Shown here piece after piece: positions 47,822 through 60,339 of a DNA stretch of 64,000 bases. The stretch's first letter is position 1. Each line of letters opens with the position of its first letter. A program made the translations under genes and the position numbers. Origin of the DNA: Flectonema sp. DT1601 (lineage: Eukaryota). The DNA is taken from assembly GCA_964019425.1 (NCBI GenBank), contig OZ025784.1, positions 1,054,001-1,118,000 of the forward strand, written 5' to 3'. The notes beneath the pieces were generated by a model. That model ran no database searches. It was not told the origin of the DNA and saw only the letters and a program-made list of their open reading frames with translations.

Positions 47822-48742
47822 CAGCAACGAATTTGTACTGGAAAAATGAAAATGAGCAATTAACAAAGTAAATACGGCTGCAATCTCATTGGAAAAGGTC
47901 ACTATTCGCATGGTCCTGCTGAGTGTGTGTTCCTTGAGAGAAGAAGGGGAAAAAGAAAAATACGTCTCTACGAACATCAAAAAAACCAAAATTGAGAGTC
48001 GCACTATAATTTTTTGCATTATTTATAATTTTCTTTTTCCATCATTTTTTTTTTTTTTTTTTTTTTTTTTTTCTTCGTAACGTGCGAGGAGGGTTAGGGT
48101 TAAACCTGAGTATGGGAAGTTAATGTGTGTCCTCTCGCTGTTTCTTTCCCCCTGCTATTGATACATGTCGTGCGTGGCAATGCCAGTCCAATGCACTGTG
48201 GTCGTTTCCGTAAACCGAAGTTAAAAATTAGTGATCCCTCACAACAATCGGGTTAGATTTTGTACGATGCGTACAACGAAAAAAAAAAAAAATGTATCAT
48301 TTTTTTTTTTTTTTTTTTTTTCCCCCTATTTCCCCTCATTCATTTGACACTACCTGCAGCATCTTCGTAATAATACTACGGCACATAGAACGTGTGCTCA
48401 TCCAACGGTATGGTATATAATACAGACGGGCTAAGGGACGGGCTGTGATTACAGATGTGTACGGTAAATCGAAAACAACGTGTAGGGAAAATGGGAAAGG
48501 AGTTTTTTTATTTCGCCTGGGGAAAAAGAAAAAAATCTGACCTTTAAACAGCTGCCTTTCTATTTTCTTACAGCAGGCCAGAATACACCTAGCCTCACTT
48601 TTTTTTGTCGGTGATGACCGAGTTCTGAACCCAGCTTGTGTTGATTTTTAAGCAACAACACAGTTTACAGTAATTACTACCGCGTACAATTTGTAACTAA
48701 CTAAAATAAAACGGGAAACGCATTGAAGAAAAAAAACAGTTT

Positions 48743-48777
<35 letters not shown>

Positions 48778-49024
48778 CCATCCTGTTTTTAGTTCTTCTT
48801 GTGTTAGGTATTTTTTTATTTTTATTCCTATTTTTTTTTGAAATTTTTTTTTGTCTTTTTTTTTTTTTTTTGTCTTTCCGTTTTTTTTTTTTTTTTTTTT
48901 CTTGTTTCTTATAAAAAATTTGCAGTGGGTTTTTTCTTCCTACTCCCATTTTATAAATAATAGAAAACAGGTTAGCTTACCCATAATCTATGAGGAGAAA
49001 AAGAACCACTGATATTAAAGAACT

Positions 49025-49642
49025 CTATGCACTTGGCTGGGTAGGCGTGTCATAATCCCAGAACAGTGGGTGATCACTCTCAAGACCAGGAGCATCCTTA
49101 AGTGCCTCTGGGTTAGGGTTGTTGCTGATGCGTTTTGTAGGCGCCTGCTGAAGATAGTCTTCTGCGGTTTCATTGTATGAGTAGAAGTGAATCTGTTTTG
49201 TTTGTTTATTACAACTCGAGATTACTATTCATTTGTGTTTCTCATACTGAGTGCGTTAAGTTCAACTCCCATCATCTTAGTAGTGAAGAAATGAAAAAAT
49301 CTACACCAGCGCCAAAAGTTCTTGTAGAGAAAAAAAAGCAAGAAAACACATACGGAAGGCTTTGGAATTTTTTCCAACATTGGGGTCATTTCCTCTCTCA
49401 AATGCCACTTAAGATCATCAATAAGTGCGTCTTTTGGTACCAACACGGAGGTAAGATGGGGAGGTAGGTTAGTGGTACCTGTTTGGTTCGGTTTTTTTTT
49501 TTTTTTTTTTTTAAAAACGAGGCTGATTTTTTTGTTTATTTGATATATTAGGAAGTAAAAGCAAACCTCTTGGTTTTACCCAAACTCGAAGACGATCTCC
49601 AACACCGTCGGCTATCGAACGTGGAGGAAGCATAGCGACCAT
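49025..49642 (-). CDS. 122-aa hypothetical protein, 3 exons (49642-49567, 49478-49354, 49192-49025), possible ubiquitin-like fold
   Basis: Manual GT-AG splicing gives an open frame MVAMLPPRSIADGVGDRLRVWVKPRGTTNLPPHLTSVLVPKDALIDDLKWHLREEM...WDYDTPTQPSA*; intron phases 1 and 0 match. Confidence 0.75.
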
Positions 49643-50017
49643 TATAAAAACAGGGGGGAAGGGGGGCGGTAGTGCTGAATTAATTATATAAAATACTCAA
49701 ATCAATCAACTAAACCAACACACATAAAAACTAACATCTCAACAACTCAATCCATACTAACGTAATACGACGTTGTCTTGTAAAAAAAAATGAAAAAATA
49801 AATTATATGCAATGCCAAACATGCTAATTGAAAAAAAAAAAAAAAAAAAAAAAACTTTACAATAAATTACAAAAAATAAAACGACTTGCGAGATCAATTA
49901 TTTGCTTTTGGAAATGAGTTAGTTGCTTGCTTTTCACTAAAAAGAAATTAACAGGAAAGAAACTCACCAACACCTCCTCTAAGTCATCAAAAACCCAATC
50001 GAAATTCAAAAATCCGA

Positions 50018-50482
50018 TTAGTAAGTAGATGTGGTATAATTAAGAATTGGTTCTATGTCATTTAATGCCACGTTGATACGTCTGTTGGATCCATCGTGTC
50101 GGTGATCAAACTCAACATTTAAACCAGTCGGTAGATGCGGATCATCACTGGGTCCAAAGATTGTACCAGGTGTGCTGGTACTGATAACAACAGAGCCTCT
50201 GACTGATAAGTTTGCGATTGCTTGTACTCTGTTTCCAGGAGAAAATGGTGATGAAACGCTGCGAGCAGGGGATCGTTTTGGTGATGTCGATCGTCTGATT
50301 CTTCGTTGACTTCCAATTTGATTTACTTCCTCAACTTGTTGTGCGATACTTCTCGCTTTCTCAGCTAATCTTGAGAGTTCTCCTGCTCGAAGTCCACTTT
50401 CGTCACAAAGCTGTTCAACTCTCACATGGTCTTCGTATGTGCTATTGCTCCAATTATAATCATTTACATGTGGACTTATCAT
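50018..50482 (-). CDS. Hypothetical protein with C-terminal SH3/KOW-like beta domain
   Basis: FSPGNRVQAI...TPGTIFGP...NVEFD...RINV pattern. Confidence 0.65.
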   Translation of the reverse strand: MISPHVNDYNWSNSTYEDHVRVEQLCDESGLRAGELSRLAEKARSIAQQVEEVNQIGSQRRIRRSTSPKRSPARSVSSPFSPGNRVQAIANLSVRGSVVISTSTPGTIFGPSDDPHLPTGLNVEFDHRHDGSNRRINVALNDIEPILNYTTSTY

Positions 50483-51731
50483 TTTTACCTTTTTTTTTTT
50501 TTTTTAACAATAAAAAATTTTAATCAATAAAACCATATGCTTAATCAACAAGAACACCCCAAAGGCCAAAACTAATTTCGTAAAGACGAGAAACGTAGAA
50601 AAAGTGCGAGGGCATAACAACGCCTCACAGGTCAGATTTTTTTTTTTTTTTTTCCTTCTTTATTTTTTTTTTGTTTTTTTTTTTTTTTGCTTGCTCCCGA
50701 TATAAACAAAACATGTCTCTAAAATAAAAAAGTAAACAAAGATCACTCACCTTGCCATTGCTAACCCGATATAATGAATTGGACGGGAAAAAGTCGGATA
50801 CGCCGGGAACAACAAAATTGCATGCAATGCTAAGCGAACGACGTTGTTGTTGTTTTTTTTTTTTTTTTTTCTGGAGTTACCTCGCACATTTTCTGGTTGT
50901 CTAGTTCACTATTATTTTTTTTCCCCTTTTTTTTGTTCAATTCATATTTTTTTGTTCTTTTTTTTTTTTTTTCCTTCTTTTTTTTTTGTTCTCTTCTCAC
51001 AATACTTTTTTTTTTTCTCCAGAACTATGAAATCGTTATCACCCGAAGAATAAACGCTAGTTGAATGTGGAGAGAGTTTTCCTTTTTTTTTTTTCAACAG
51101 ATTTGGCATTACATAATGGGAATTATCAGCCAATTGAGAATGCTCACCTACCATCATGGGTTCCTTATTGTAAGATGTTATGTCAGGCCAAGGGTTTGCT
51201 TAAAACTTAAAAAAACGCAAAAACCCTCCCTCTTTTTTTTTTTTTTTTTTTTTAATTCTTCTCACAATATTTTTTTTCCTTCCAGAACCATGATATTATT
51301 ATCACAGCAATCCTTTTTTTTTTAAACACTAAACCCGAAGATAACGGTAGTTAAAAGTTTTTTTTTTTTTAAAAAAAAAAAAAAATAGAAGGGCAAGTGA
51401 AAAGGAGAGAGTTTTTCTTTTTTTTTTTTTTCACAGATTCAGCATTCTAAAGAGATTCCTACTTGTCAGGCCGGGTGGCCTAAAATTAAAAAAGGAAAAA
51501 AAAACACGCACAAAAAACCCACCCTCATTTTTTTTTTTTTTTTTCCTTCCCTCATTTCAAACATTCAAGACTTTTTATTTTTTTTTCCCTAGAATTTCCA
51601 TCTATAATTTAGAAAATTTTATTTAAAAAAAAAAAAAAAAAAAAATTTAAAAAAAAAAGCATTATTGCCTACGATTTTTTTTTCCCTTTTTTTTTTTTAA
51701 TTTAGTTTAGTAGTAAAGTAGTCCTAATAGT

Positions 51732-51773
<42 letters not shown>

Positions 51774-53105
51774 GTGAACGAATTCTCTCTATAATATTCA
51801 TCTTCGATGATTTAAAAAAAATATACATAATAAAATACTACTACTTTTTTTTATAACAGAAAAACAAGAATAATATCCTCGTCATCGATCTACTTATGAA
51901 AAAGATCTCTATTTTCGAATCCGCCAAACAAAATTCAGCGATTGCTCAGATCTTAATTACAGCGATTATCTGTTATTTTTAATGAATACATTTATTTTTT
52001 TAGTGAGGTCCAGGAAACCAATAATTAGTAAAAGGCTTACAACACAACCCATTGACGACGAGGTTGATAAAGCTAGTTAGTAATTAGCCACCAAGACTCA
52101 CCACCGAAACAAGGAGAGAGGGTTAAAAAGAGTTGTCGGAGATCAGAGCAGAGACGCTCGAAAAACTTTTTTTTTTTTCCCCTCTCCCCTTGGTTGAAAA
52201 TATTTCACGGAGTTCACAATAAAATCAAACTCCAAACCACGTTGAACAAGAACTACTCTTGTACAAAACTACTCTATAACTACTTATGGAATGCGGGATA
52301 AGATTTATTGCAGTTTTTTTATTTTTATTTTTATTTTTACTATTCTCTTTTTTTTCTTTTCTTTTTTCTTCCATGTTTTTTTTTTTTTTTTTCTGATTTA
52401 TCACATTCAGGGCCGAGGAGGCACTCCCGCCTCTGCCTGCAGCTTAGGAAAAATCAGTCAAAATCAGTCAAAAACAAAGATAGCCTAGGAGCAATAAAGT
52501 AACTAAAGCGAACAAACAATAACTCTTATGGGAATTTCTTTTCACACGTGTTCTATTCTTATAATTGATACCTAAGCTAAGGGCGAGTGAACAGGGAACA
52601 ACCTGTATCCGAAAGGAATCATGGTCCAAACCTATATAGTAGCGATTCCCATCCTTCACGAAAGCACTTTGGAGAAAAGAACATATTAAAAAAAATGGGG
52701 AAATGAATAAAGAAATTAAAAAAGAAAAAAAAGCTGATTTGAGGAAAGATAACCCGTGCGGAAAATATTTATAAATGTTTACTTATTTTAAATCATTAAT
52801 GAATGTACGAAACACCGATATCAACTGCTGTTGGCAGCAAAGTCTTGAATAACACACCTGATCTTTCATTTTTTATTTACTACGTTTTTTTTTTTTTTTT
52901 TTGATACAACTAAAACCCTATTTTAGGATCGAAATAGTCCAGGAGAACTTTTTTTTTTTTTTTTTTTTTTTTTCCACTTTCTTTTATTTTTAAAGTTCGC
53001 TGGAAGCCTTCTCGTCAGATTGGAATCTTCACACGTTGTCTACACTGAACTATCATACGTCGTAAGACGACTTTAATAGGACGACATGCTATGGCTGCTT
53101 TCACC

Positions 53106-53963
53106 TCAAGTAGGAAGTGCTAATGACTGCGGGGGTGGTGTTGAAGGTGCGCTCTCTAACGAAGCCTCAACTTCTTGTCTTCTATTAGCGAGGTGCCACT
53201 TGTCGTTGTGCTTTCCAGTCTTTGAGTATCTTGAAAACCATATCCTACACCTCCACTTTGCGAAACACTCTGATAACACTCCTTTAAAATTAGGATGTGC
53301 TTCCTTAGACGTAAAGTAAAATGTTAACTTCTTCATATCAAATTGAAACTCAGCGAACATAATTTTCATATTAGAAGTTCCACAGCGCTGAAGGATCTCT
53401 TGACATTCCTGCTTCGCAAGTTTTTCTTGCTCAGGGAGAGTTGTTCTCCAGATTTCAATTTCGTCATCGGTCGCGAATCGAACGACATGTTTTACATCTG
53501 GTGGAGGCTCATCAGGTCCAAAAGGTCTACTCTCAGTTACCATACCAAGATCTTCACCACGATCACCACTTACTATTACGTGAGTTCCGTGTTGGAGAAC
53601 TTGAGTATGCATGAACTCACCAACACGATTCTTTTTAAACTGAATTAAAAGCATACAAGGTCCTTCTGGAGCAGGTGGTTGAAACTTTGGTGTCGGAGGA
53701 GGAGTCTGTCTCGGAAGATCCCAACAATCAAGAGAGTCGTCAAGTGTTGGAGGTGCGTCAGACGAATACGAAGCAATACTCAAAGACGCATCACTGAATG
53801 ATCCATGAGGAGATGGTGGTATGCCTGGTGGGTACGCTGATTGATTCAGAGGGATGAATTTTGGCGCCTGTTTGGGTTTAAATTTCAGAATTATTATTGT
53901 CAGTTGACAAAAAGAATTGAAGAATGATAATTCCCAAATGGCACCAAAATGTTTGATCATCAA
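53106..53963 (-). CDS. PSP1 C-terminal domain protein (5' structure uncertain, probably spliced)
   Basis: VIVSGDRGEDLG, EFQFDMKKLTFYF, CRIWF. Confidence 0.85.
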   Translation of the reverse strand: MMIKHFGAIWELSFFNSFCQLTIIILKFKPKQAPKFIPLNQSAYPPGIPPSPHGSFSDASLSIASYSSDAPPTLDDSLDCWDLPRQTPPPTPKFQPPAPEGPCMLLIQFKKNRVGEFMHTQVLQHGTHVIVSGDRGEDLGMVTESRPFGPDEPPPDVKHVVRFATDDEIEIWRTTLPEQEKLAKQECQEILQRCGTSNMKIMFAEFQFDMKKLTFYFTSKEAHPNFKGVLSECFAKWRCRIWFSRYSKTGKHNDKWHLANRRQEVEASLESAPSTPPPQSLALPT

Positions 53964-54923
53964 TCTGGTAGTCGTATTGAGCGACTAATAGAATCCACAC
54001 GTACCCCACCCCAGACAAGTAACCACACCATCAGCCAATATTCGTAATTTCAGTTATCAGAGTTTTTTTTTTTAAAAAAAAAATCGATTTTGTTGATATG
54101 TCCAAGAAAAGGAAAAAAAATAAAAAAGTCATGTTGTGCGGATCAAACCAGTTTGATTTTAGTTTTTTCATTTTGGTACCAATTTGGTGATTTTTTAATA
54201 AAATAAACAAAAAAAAAAAAAAAAAAAAAAAATCGTAAGCATGTTTTGCCCAATCGAATAGAAAAAAAAAGTAGCAATTTTTTTTTTTGTGCCATTACTA
54301 ACTTTGTGCGTTTTACCGAAAAAAGAAAATATTTTATTGTAGCGGGATAATTTTTTTTCCGTATTTTAAAAAAAAAAAAAATGAAAACAAGAGAAAAAGA
54401 AAAAAACACATCCTTTTTTTGGTGGATGCAACTACTACGAAATAACTAACAAAAACAAAGAAGAAGAATTTTTTTATAAAAAAATAATTAAAAAAAAAAA
54501 AAAAAAATCAAATATTAATCCAATAGTTCTCAATACGCACATTTAAAGTTTAAAAAATGCGACGGAAAAACATCATCGGGTTTTAAACTTAGTCAAAAAC
54601 GCAGATGGACTTGATCATCACGAGAACTAACTGACAATCAAATTAAAAATAAAATAATAAAATAAAAATAAAACAGGGGGGAAAAGGAATCCTCATTCCT
54701 CAACGAAAAAAATGACAGAAGACACTACGAATTTGACATTCTGCATTGCCACTGAAAACAGTGAAAGGAGCAAAACTTTTTTGTCAGTTGCACTCTGGTT
54801 GGCACTTTACTCCCCCCCCCTTATTCTTGACCGTTTTTTTTTTTGGGAAAAGTTTTTCCCCAAAAAAAAAAACGATAAGAAAAAATAAAAATAAAAAAAA
54901 AATATAAATCAATAAAGAAAAAA

Positions 54924-56453
54924 CTAAATATGTTGAGTAGACACCTCATCAGCGGAAGGGTAGGACTGCGTGTATCCGATCGGCGGTGCGACAGGTTGTG
55001 GTTGCATTTGAACTGGTCTGTAAATAACAACGAGATTCTTTGTTTTTCCTGGAGATGGATCTTCAACGCCAAGAGATTCCTCTGATACGAGAAGTCCGTT
55101 TATTCCACCATCAACAACTGCTGCTCTTGCAGCTTCTGTAGCCAATACCCACAATGTTCCCTCTCCATAGACAGCTCTCACCACTTTAGTGATAGTTCCT
55201 TGGGGAATATAAACCATTTCACCATTAGGAGTTGATACAAAAGCTCTATTTGGTCTATCAGTTGATGGGTTTGAGTATCTAGCTAAGTCTTCAGGTGACA
55301 TGTCAGATGTTCTTCTTGACATTGATTCGTCATCCATCATTGAGAATTCTGATAAATCATCAACAACAGAATTATTATCCCTCCGACTAGATCTTGGATT
55401 ATATGGATCATGTCTATATGAACCAGTTGATCTCTCAGTCACTGGATCTTCATCACCATCTTCATCCTCAATAACAATCGGACCAACTGATAGTCGCTGT
55501 GATGACAACGACATCTGAGGCATTGATTGAGGTGTTCCCTGTAACCCTCCAATTAAATTTTGCTGAGGAGTACCTTGCTGTCCCATTGCTGGCATATAAC
55601 TAACCTCTAGTTTCTTTGGTGTTCCCAATGAAAAATCTTGTACACCTAAAGCCATAGCGCTAACTTGAATAACAAAACCCCCAGCGTTCAGAGGAATACT
55701 CCTAACACAGTCTACTACTCTGTAACAGTCTCCATAAGTAGCTGACACTAGAGACGCGATGGTGCCTTGCCTAACTGACATGAATTCTCCGTCAGAAGCT
55801 GAGATCGTAATTAAATTCGGATTTCTCACTGGAAGTGGTGACCCTACACTACTCTGTGGAGACGTATTAGTGACATCAACTTTCGGATGCGGTTGTTGTG
55901 GCTGCACTCTCGGCTCTGGTTTATTCAACACTCCATTTGCTGGAAAATTATGCTCAACTCCTTGTGTATCAGCAAGCCTCATTAGTTCAATAATTATCTG
56001 TTGACTTCCTTCCCAAGGAATCGTAGCTGCAGTTTTTAACTCCGGGAAGTCAAGTCTTGGACCTCTGGTGTGAATTGATAGTTTGATGCGAGTAATTGCT
56101 GGTCGAGGATCACCGTTAACTGAATAACAAAGACCAGTGCTATCTTGTATTGCCATAAATCGGATGACCGATCCTTTTACAGGATCAGTGAAAGAGACGT
56201 CGCCTGGTAGTTGTTCAGGTTCAGGTGGTTTTTCGGGTTGTGTTTCTTTCTCTGGTGATTCGTGTACTTCACCTCCTTCTTCTTCTACCATGTCATCCCA
56301 TTGAGTTTCCCACATTGCTATCAATACGACGTCAACTTCAACACCAGCTCTCTTCGCAAGTGTTTCTAATACATCTGCTCTCTTTGTTGAGCCTTTTATT
56401 TTATCAAAAGCTAACCCGCTTTTCTTTAGCAGGTCCTCAAGTGTTACGTCCAT
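54924..56453 (-). CDS. Protein with two SUEL/Gal-lectin-like or DUF3395-like domains
   Basis: Repeated VSATYGD...PKKLEVSY and VRAVYGE...DPSPGKTKNLVVIY units. Confidence 0.7.
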   Translation of the reverse strand: MDVTLEDLLKKSGLAFDKIKGSTKRADVLETLAKRAGVEVDVVLIAMWETQWDDMVEEEGGEVHESPEKETQPEKPPEPEQLPGDVSFTDPVKGSVIRFMAIQDSTGLCYSVNGDPRPAITRIKLSIHTRGPRLDFPELKTAATIPWEGSQQIIIELMRLADTQGVEHNFPANGVLNKPEPRVQPQQPHPKVDVTNTSPQSSVGSPLPVRNPNLITISASDGEFMSVRQGTIASLVSATYGDCYRVVDCVRSIPLNAGGFVIQVSAMALGVQDFSLGTPKKLEVSYMPAMGQQGTPQQNLIGGLQGTPQSMPQMSLSSQRLSVGPIVIEDEDGDEDPVTERSTGSYRHDPYNPRSSRRDNNSVVDDLSEFSMMDDESMSRRTSDMSPEDLARYSNPSTDRPNRAFVSTPNGEMVYIPQGTITKVVRAVYGEGTLWVLATEAARAAVVDGGINGLLVSEESLGVEDPSPGKTKNLVVIYRPVQMQPQPVAPPIGYTQSYPSADEVSTQHI

Positions 56454-58763
56454 CTTTGTGTTGTTAACCACTCACTTGAATATAAAGAAGGTTTTTGTAT
56501 TTATTATTATTTTCTTGTTTTTTTTTTTTTTCAATTTACCAACTTTCTCTCACATAAAATTTGTACTGTTATGAGAATATAACGTTTTTACCTTTTTTTT
56601 TTTTGAATGAAATTTAATTATTATTTTTTTAATTGATTACATAACCCAAGTAGCTAAAAAGAATAAATGGTGTGCATGGTAAATTGATACTGCATTATTA
56701 AGCCTCAAAAGGAATAACAATCCCCTCGACTGTCAGCGGCAGCGTAGTAAATGACTGCAAATAAATAAATAATACCACTGGAGGCCACATGAACATAGTT
56801 GAGCGTCAGTTTTGTATGTTACTGTTAACAGTTTTTTATAAAACTTCGGGAAATAATTCCTCTTTTTTTGTGTTGCTTCACATAATTACAAAATCAATAT
56901 CAAATTACGGGAAACAAGACACTCCATTTGTTTGAATTGAGTTGCAATTTTTTTTTTTTTTTTTTTTTTTGATAATGGAAAAACAATCACATTATATTGG
57001 GTTACACATCATACACATCTTCAGTCGCAAAGTCAAATTATTTTCAGTCTCCTTTTGAGGATGTTATTTAAGAAGAGACGGGTCTCGCAAAATATCTCTT
57101 TCCTCTTCTCTTAGTTTGGTATAAAAAAACTAAGCATTCAATGTCTCGTACCGATGTTACAGCAACGAGACGTCTGATATGAGTGAAGACAACCTTCTAT
57201 TTCCAAGGGACAAACTAAATTACAAAGAAAACTCGACTTATGACGAGAATAGGGAAAGAAAAAAAAGATGACTACCATCAGCGTCACTGGTGACGGCGAG
57301 AAGACAAGCGGGTTTTTTTTTTTTATTAAAAAACTTTTATATAAACAGATGATAGCAGGCAAACTAATCAGACTCACGCCTACACTTTGCGACTAACTCA
57401 GGTGCTGATACTCAGGAAAGAACATGACGACCATCAACGCCACTAGTGACGGCGAGAAACGACGAGAAGGACCACATGAAACAGGGTGTTTATGTGTACA
57501 ATCGTCAATGTATCATTTTTTGGTTCGCAGTCACCGACGCAACAAAACATTTACGAACCGCTGAGAATCCTACGGGTAGGAGACTACAGGTAGAACTATC
57601 TCAACGTAAGGAAAAAAAAGAAAAAAGAAAAACAACTAATGCATAACATCAACTTTCTATTAAAACTCAAGCGACAGGCCAGACGCAATCACCCTGACTT
57701 CACACGTTGAAAGGAACGAAAATAGGCAAGGAGGTCGAAGACAAAACAAAAAAAGTACACCGAGTACCCTGCAGATAAAATTAGCGAAATCACTTTTTTT
57801 TTTTTTTCGTTAAAGATAACGTGAATGAATTTTTTTTTTTTTTTTTTTCCCCGCAAAAAAAAGAACAATAAAAAAAAAAAATATAAAAGACGACTTAGGA
57901 ACACCGATATACTTCCATCGTCTGTTCCAGAGGGTGGATCAAACAACCTTCTTCGCTCGAGGCTCTGAATAGATGCCCTTGCTCAAAAAACCAGAGCATA
58001 CAACAGCTGGTATTAAGAAAAACTAAAAATAAATAAATAATATTAAGTGACTTTAATGTGAATAAACACATCTACCTGCTTGTAGTCAAAGTTCCAACTA
58101 ATTATATATATACAAAAAAAAAAACAGGTACGCACGATAATAAAGAGAGCGAAAAAAAAAAAAAAAACATATTGCTTTTTTCCTTGATTGGTTATGCCTG
58201 ATTTAAACTGGAAAACTTCAAAAAAAAAAATATCACTAGATAAACAACGCCACCCATGAGTATCTTCCGAGTACCAGTTTTTTTTTACTGGCTTGATGTC
58301 ACTAGTCTCGGTTTTTCTTCAAAAATGTAAGTAGATGAATAAAAAGGAAAGAGGGTATAGAAATCATCTACTATAAGAAAATCCTTCTCTATATAAACAT
58401 TTTAATTTTTAATTCGCATCTCTTCTCTGAATTCAATTTATTTTTTTTATGTTTTTCTTATTTAAGTATCATAGTCTACAAGGAGAACACGTGAAACTAA
58501 AAAAAATATCTATACTACTCTGGAAATAACGACTGTAATACGATTACGCACTCAGCAATTGATGAGATAACGATGACAATGGACACACGAAAATGCGCGT
58601 AAACACTTTGAGAAAAAGAGGAGGAAGAGGAGGGATAGATGTATGTTCGATTTTGTAAAAATTACAACAGTGTTGAATCATAAAAACATAAAGATAATTT
58701 AACATCAGTTTTAGATACAGTGACTAAGGGTGATGCGCAACTTAGCATAATAAAGTAACTATT

Positions 58764-58818
58764 AGGTTTCGAGAGTAATCCATATACCTCTTACCTCTAT
58801 TCTCTCTCATCAGTATGG
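58764..58818 (-). ncRNA. Hammerhead ribozyme candidate, non-circularly permuted (family C)
   Basis: CCAUA-CUGAUGA-GAGAG-12nt-AGGU-A-UAUGG-4nt-CUCUC-GAA-ACCU: full core with stems I (5 bp), II (5 bp) and III (4 bp). Confidence 0.8.
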
Positions 58819-59218
58819 TGTAGAAGTAGAAGTAAGTCAGTCAAATGTTGAGACTAGTTTGCGGTACTGAAATGTAGTTACTTTAAGTTTCATGTTCATA
58901 ATAAAAAACATATTATTTACTGTTACTAGTTCGTAGCTCACTACAGGAGAGGATTATTGCCATAACAGTGAGGGGACAAACTAATCCCTTTTTTTTTTTT
59001 TTTTCTACTATTTTTCATCGAAAACGGCGATAAGTCCGATTTTAAGTAGAAAAAAAAAAAAAAAAAAACAGCAATAACAAAAAAAAAGAAATAAAATTAA
59101 AATAAATACCATTGTTAGATTTGCGGAGGAAGCAATTTTTTTTTCTCTCTTTTTTTGTTTTTCATAGTTTTTTTAAAAATGAAAATGAGAACCTTTTTTG
59201 TCAGTCATCTAATAAGTA

Positions 59219-59290
59219 AGCCGCTTTTCAGGCTCCCTCGAACCATAATTCCCCGTTACCCGTTACAGTCGTGGTAGTACACTACATTAC
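59219..59290 (-). pseudogene. Degenerate SSU (18S) rRNA fragment
   Basis: AGCCGCTTTTCAGGCTCCCTC-GAACCATAATTCCCCGTTACCCGTTACAG matches part of 38828-38897 with a ~9-nt deletion. Confidence 0.8.
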
Positions 59291-60023
59291 ACTCTTGCAG
59301 GCTTGAGGTAATACCTCAATGCAGTTTACCCTATTATCCACTCACTACTGAAAGAGTTCGTCCAAAAAAAAAAAAAAAAAAAAAATAGAAATAACGTCAC
59401 AATAGGGCTTCGCAACGCGAAATAATAATTAGTCTCGTCGGGAAAATGTGGGAGAGGCGCTGTCCCCCTTTCCTGTTAGACAATTCGACTCATGGCTGTT
59501 GTCCTTTATTCACAGTGATAAAACCTGATAGTTTACTTTTATTGATTATTTTTTAAGTGGCATATGGTTATCAAAAAAAAAAAAAAAAAAAAAAAAAAAA
59601 ACAAATACGAAAACAAATAAAAAAAAACAACAATATAACATTTTTACGGATATATACATAAGACTAAACTCAAAAAAAAAAAAATAAATAAACGGTTACC
59701 TTTTTTTTTTTTTTTTTAGGTATTATTTTCTTTTCCTTTAATTTTTTTTTTTTTTTTTTGATTTCTGAAAAAAAGAAAGAAAAAAAAGACTTTTTTTTTC
59801 TATGTTTGCATGATATTTGCAAAGAAGTAGTAACGCAAACCAGGCCACTTTTTAACAACTTGTGTGGAGCATAGTGATTACAAGGAAACACCTTTCTTCG
59901 GAGGATTTTTTTACGCAATCGGTGAAAATTATCCATCCTCGTTTACTTTAACACATAATAATATCATAGACCTACTTGGTGTTGCCTCTTCACTCGAAGA
60001 ATGTTTGTTGCAAAAATATATTT

Positions 60024-60075
<52 letters not shown>

Positions 60076-60339
60076 GGATTTAAGGCTAATAAATGAATGC
60101 AAGTTTCGGGAGTACATCATTTTTTCCCTCGGGTAACCTTCTTTTGGGCTCTTAATGCGCCTACACATTAATAAGGGCCAAATGAAAATTGTATTTTGGC
60201 GGAGTAAACGATGTAACCCTCCACTTGTTGTTAATTTCAATATTTCGGTCGTACTTTAAAAGTTTGTTTTCCAGTTTAGAAGCAAAAAGGTAAAGTACTT
60301 CTGATATTAATTTTAATGTTTACAAAATATATTCCCACG

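Noticed and set aside
40498..48101. Telomeric-like CCCTAACCCTAAC (40499) and GGGTTAGGGTT (48091)
   Set aside because: Only about two units each, with no supporting structure; insufficient for telomerase RNA or an interstitial telomere.
48701..48949. Poly-Lys/poly-Phe ORFs here and in other spacers
   Set aside because: Homopolymer artefacts.
49035..49120. Alu/7SL-like wording and a GGGTTAGGGTT telomerase-template-like motif
   Set aside because: Falls in exon 3 of the 122-aa gene (NNPNP codons); no SRP helix-8 motif.
52492..52505. Spliced-leader remnant (TACTTTATTG on minus)
   Set aside because: Only 10 nt match in AT-rich DNA.
58705..58813. C/D snoRNA reading (TGATGA...CTGA)
   Set aside because: The D box is absent in the paralogous copy and the hammerhead stems explain the sequence better.
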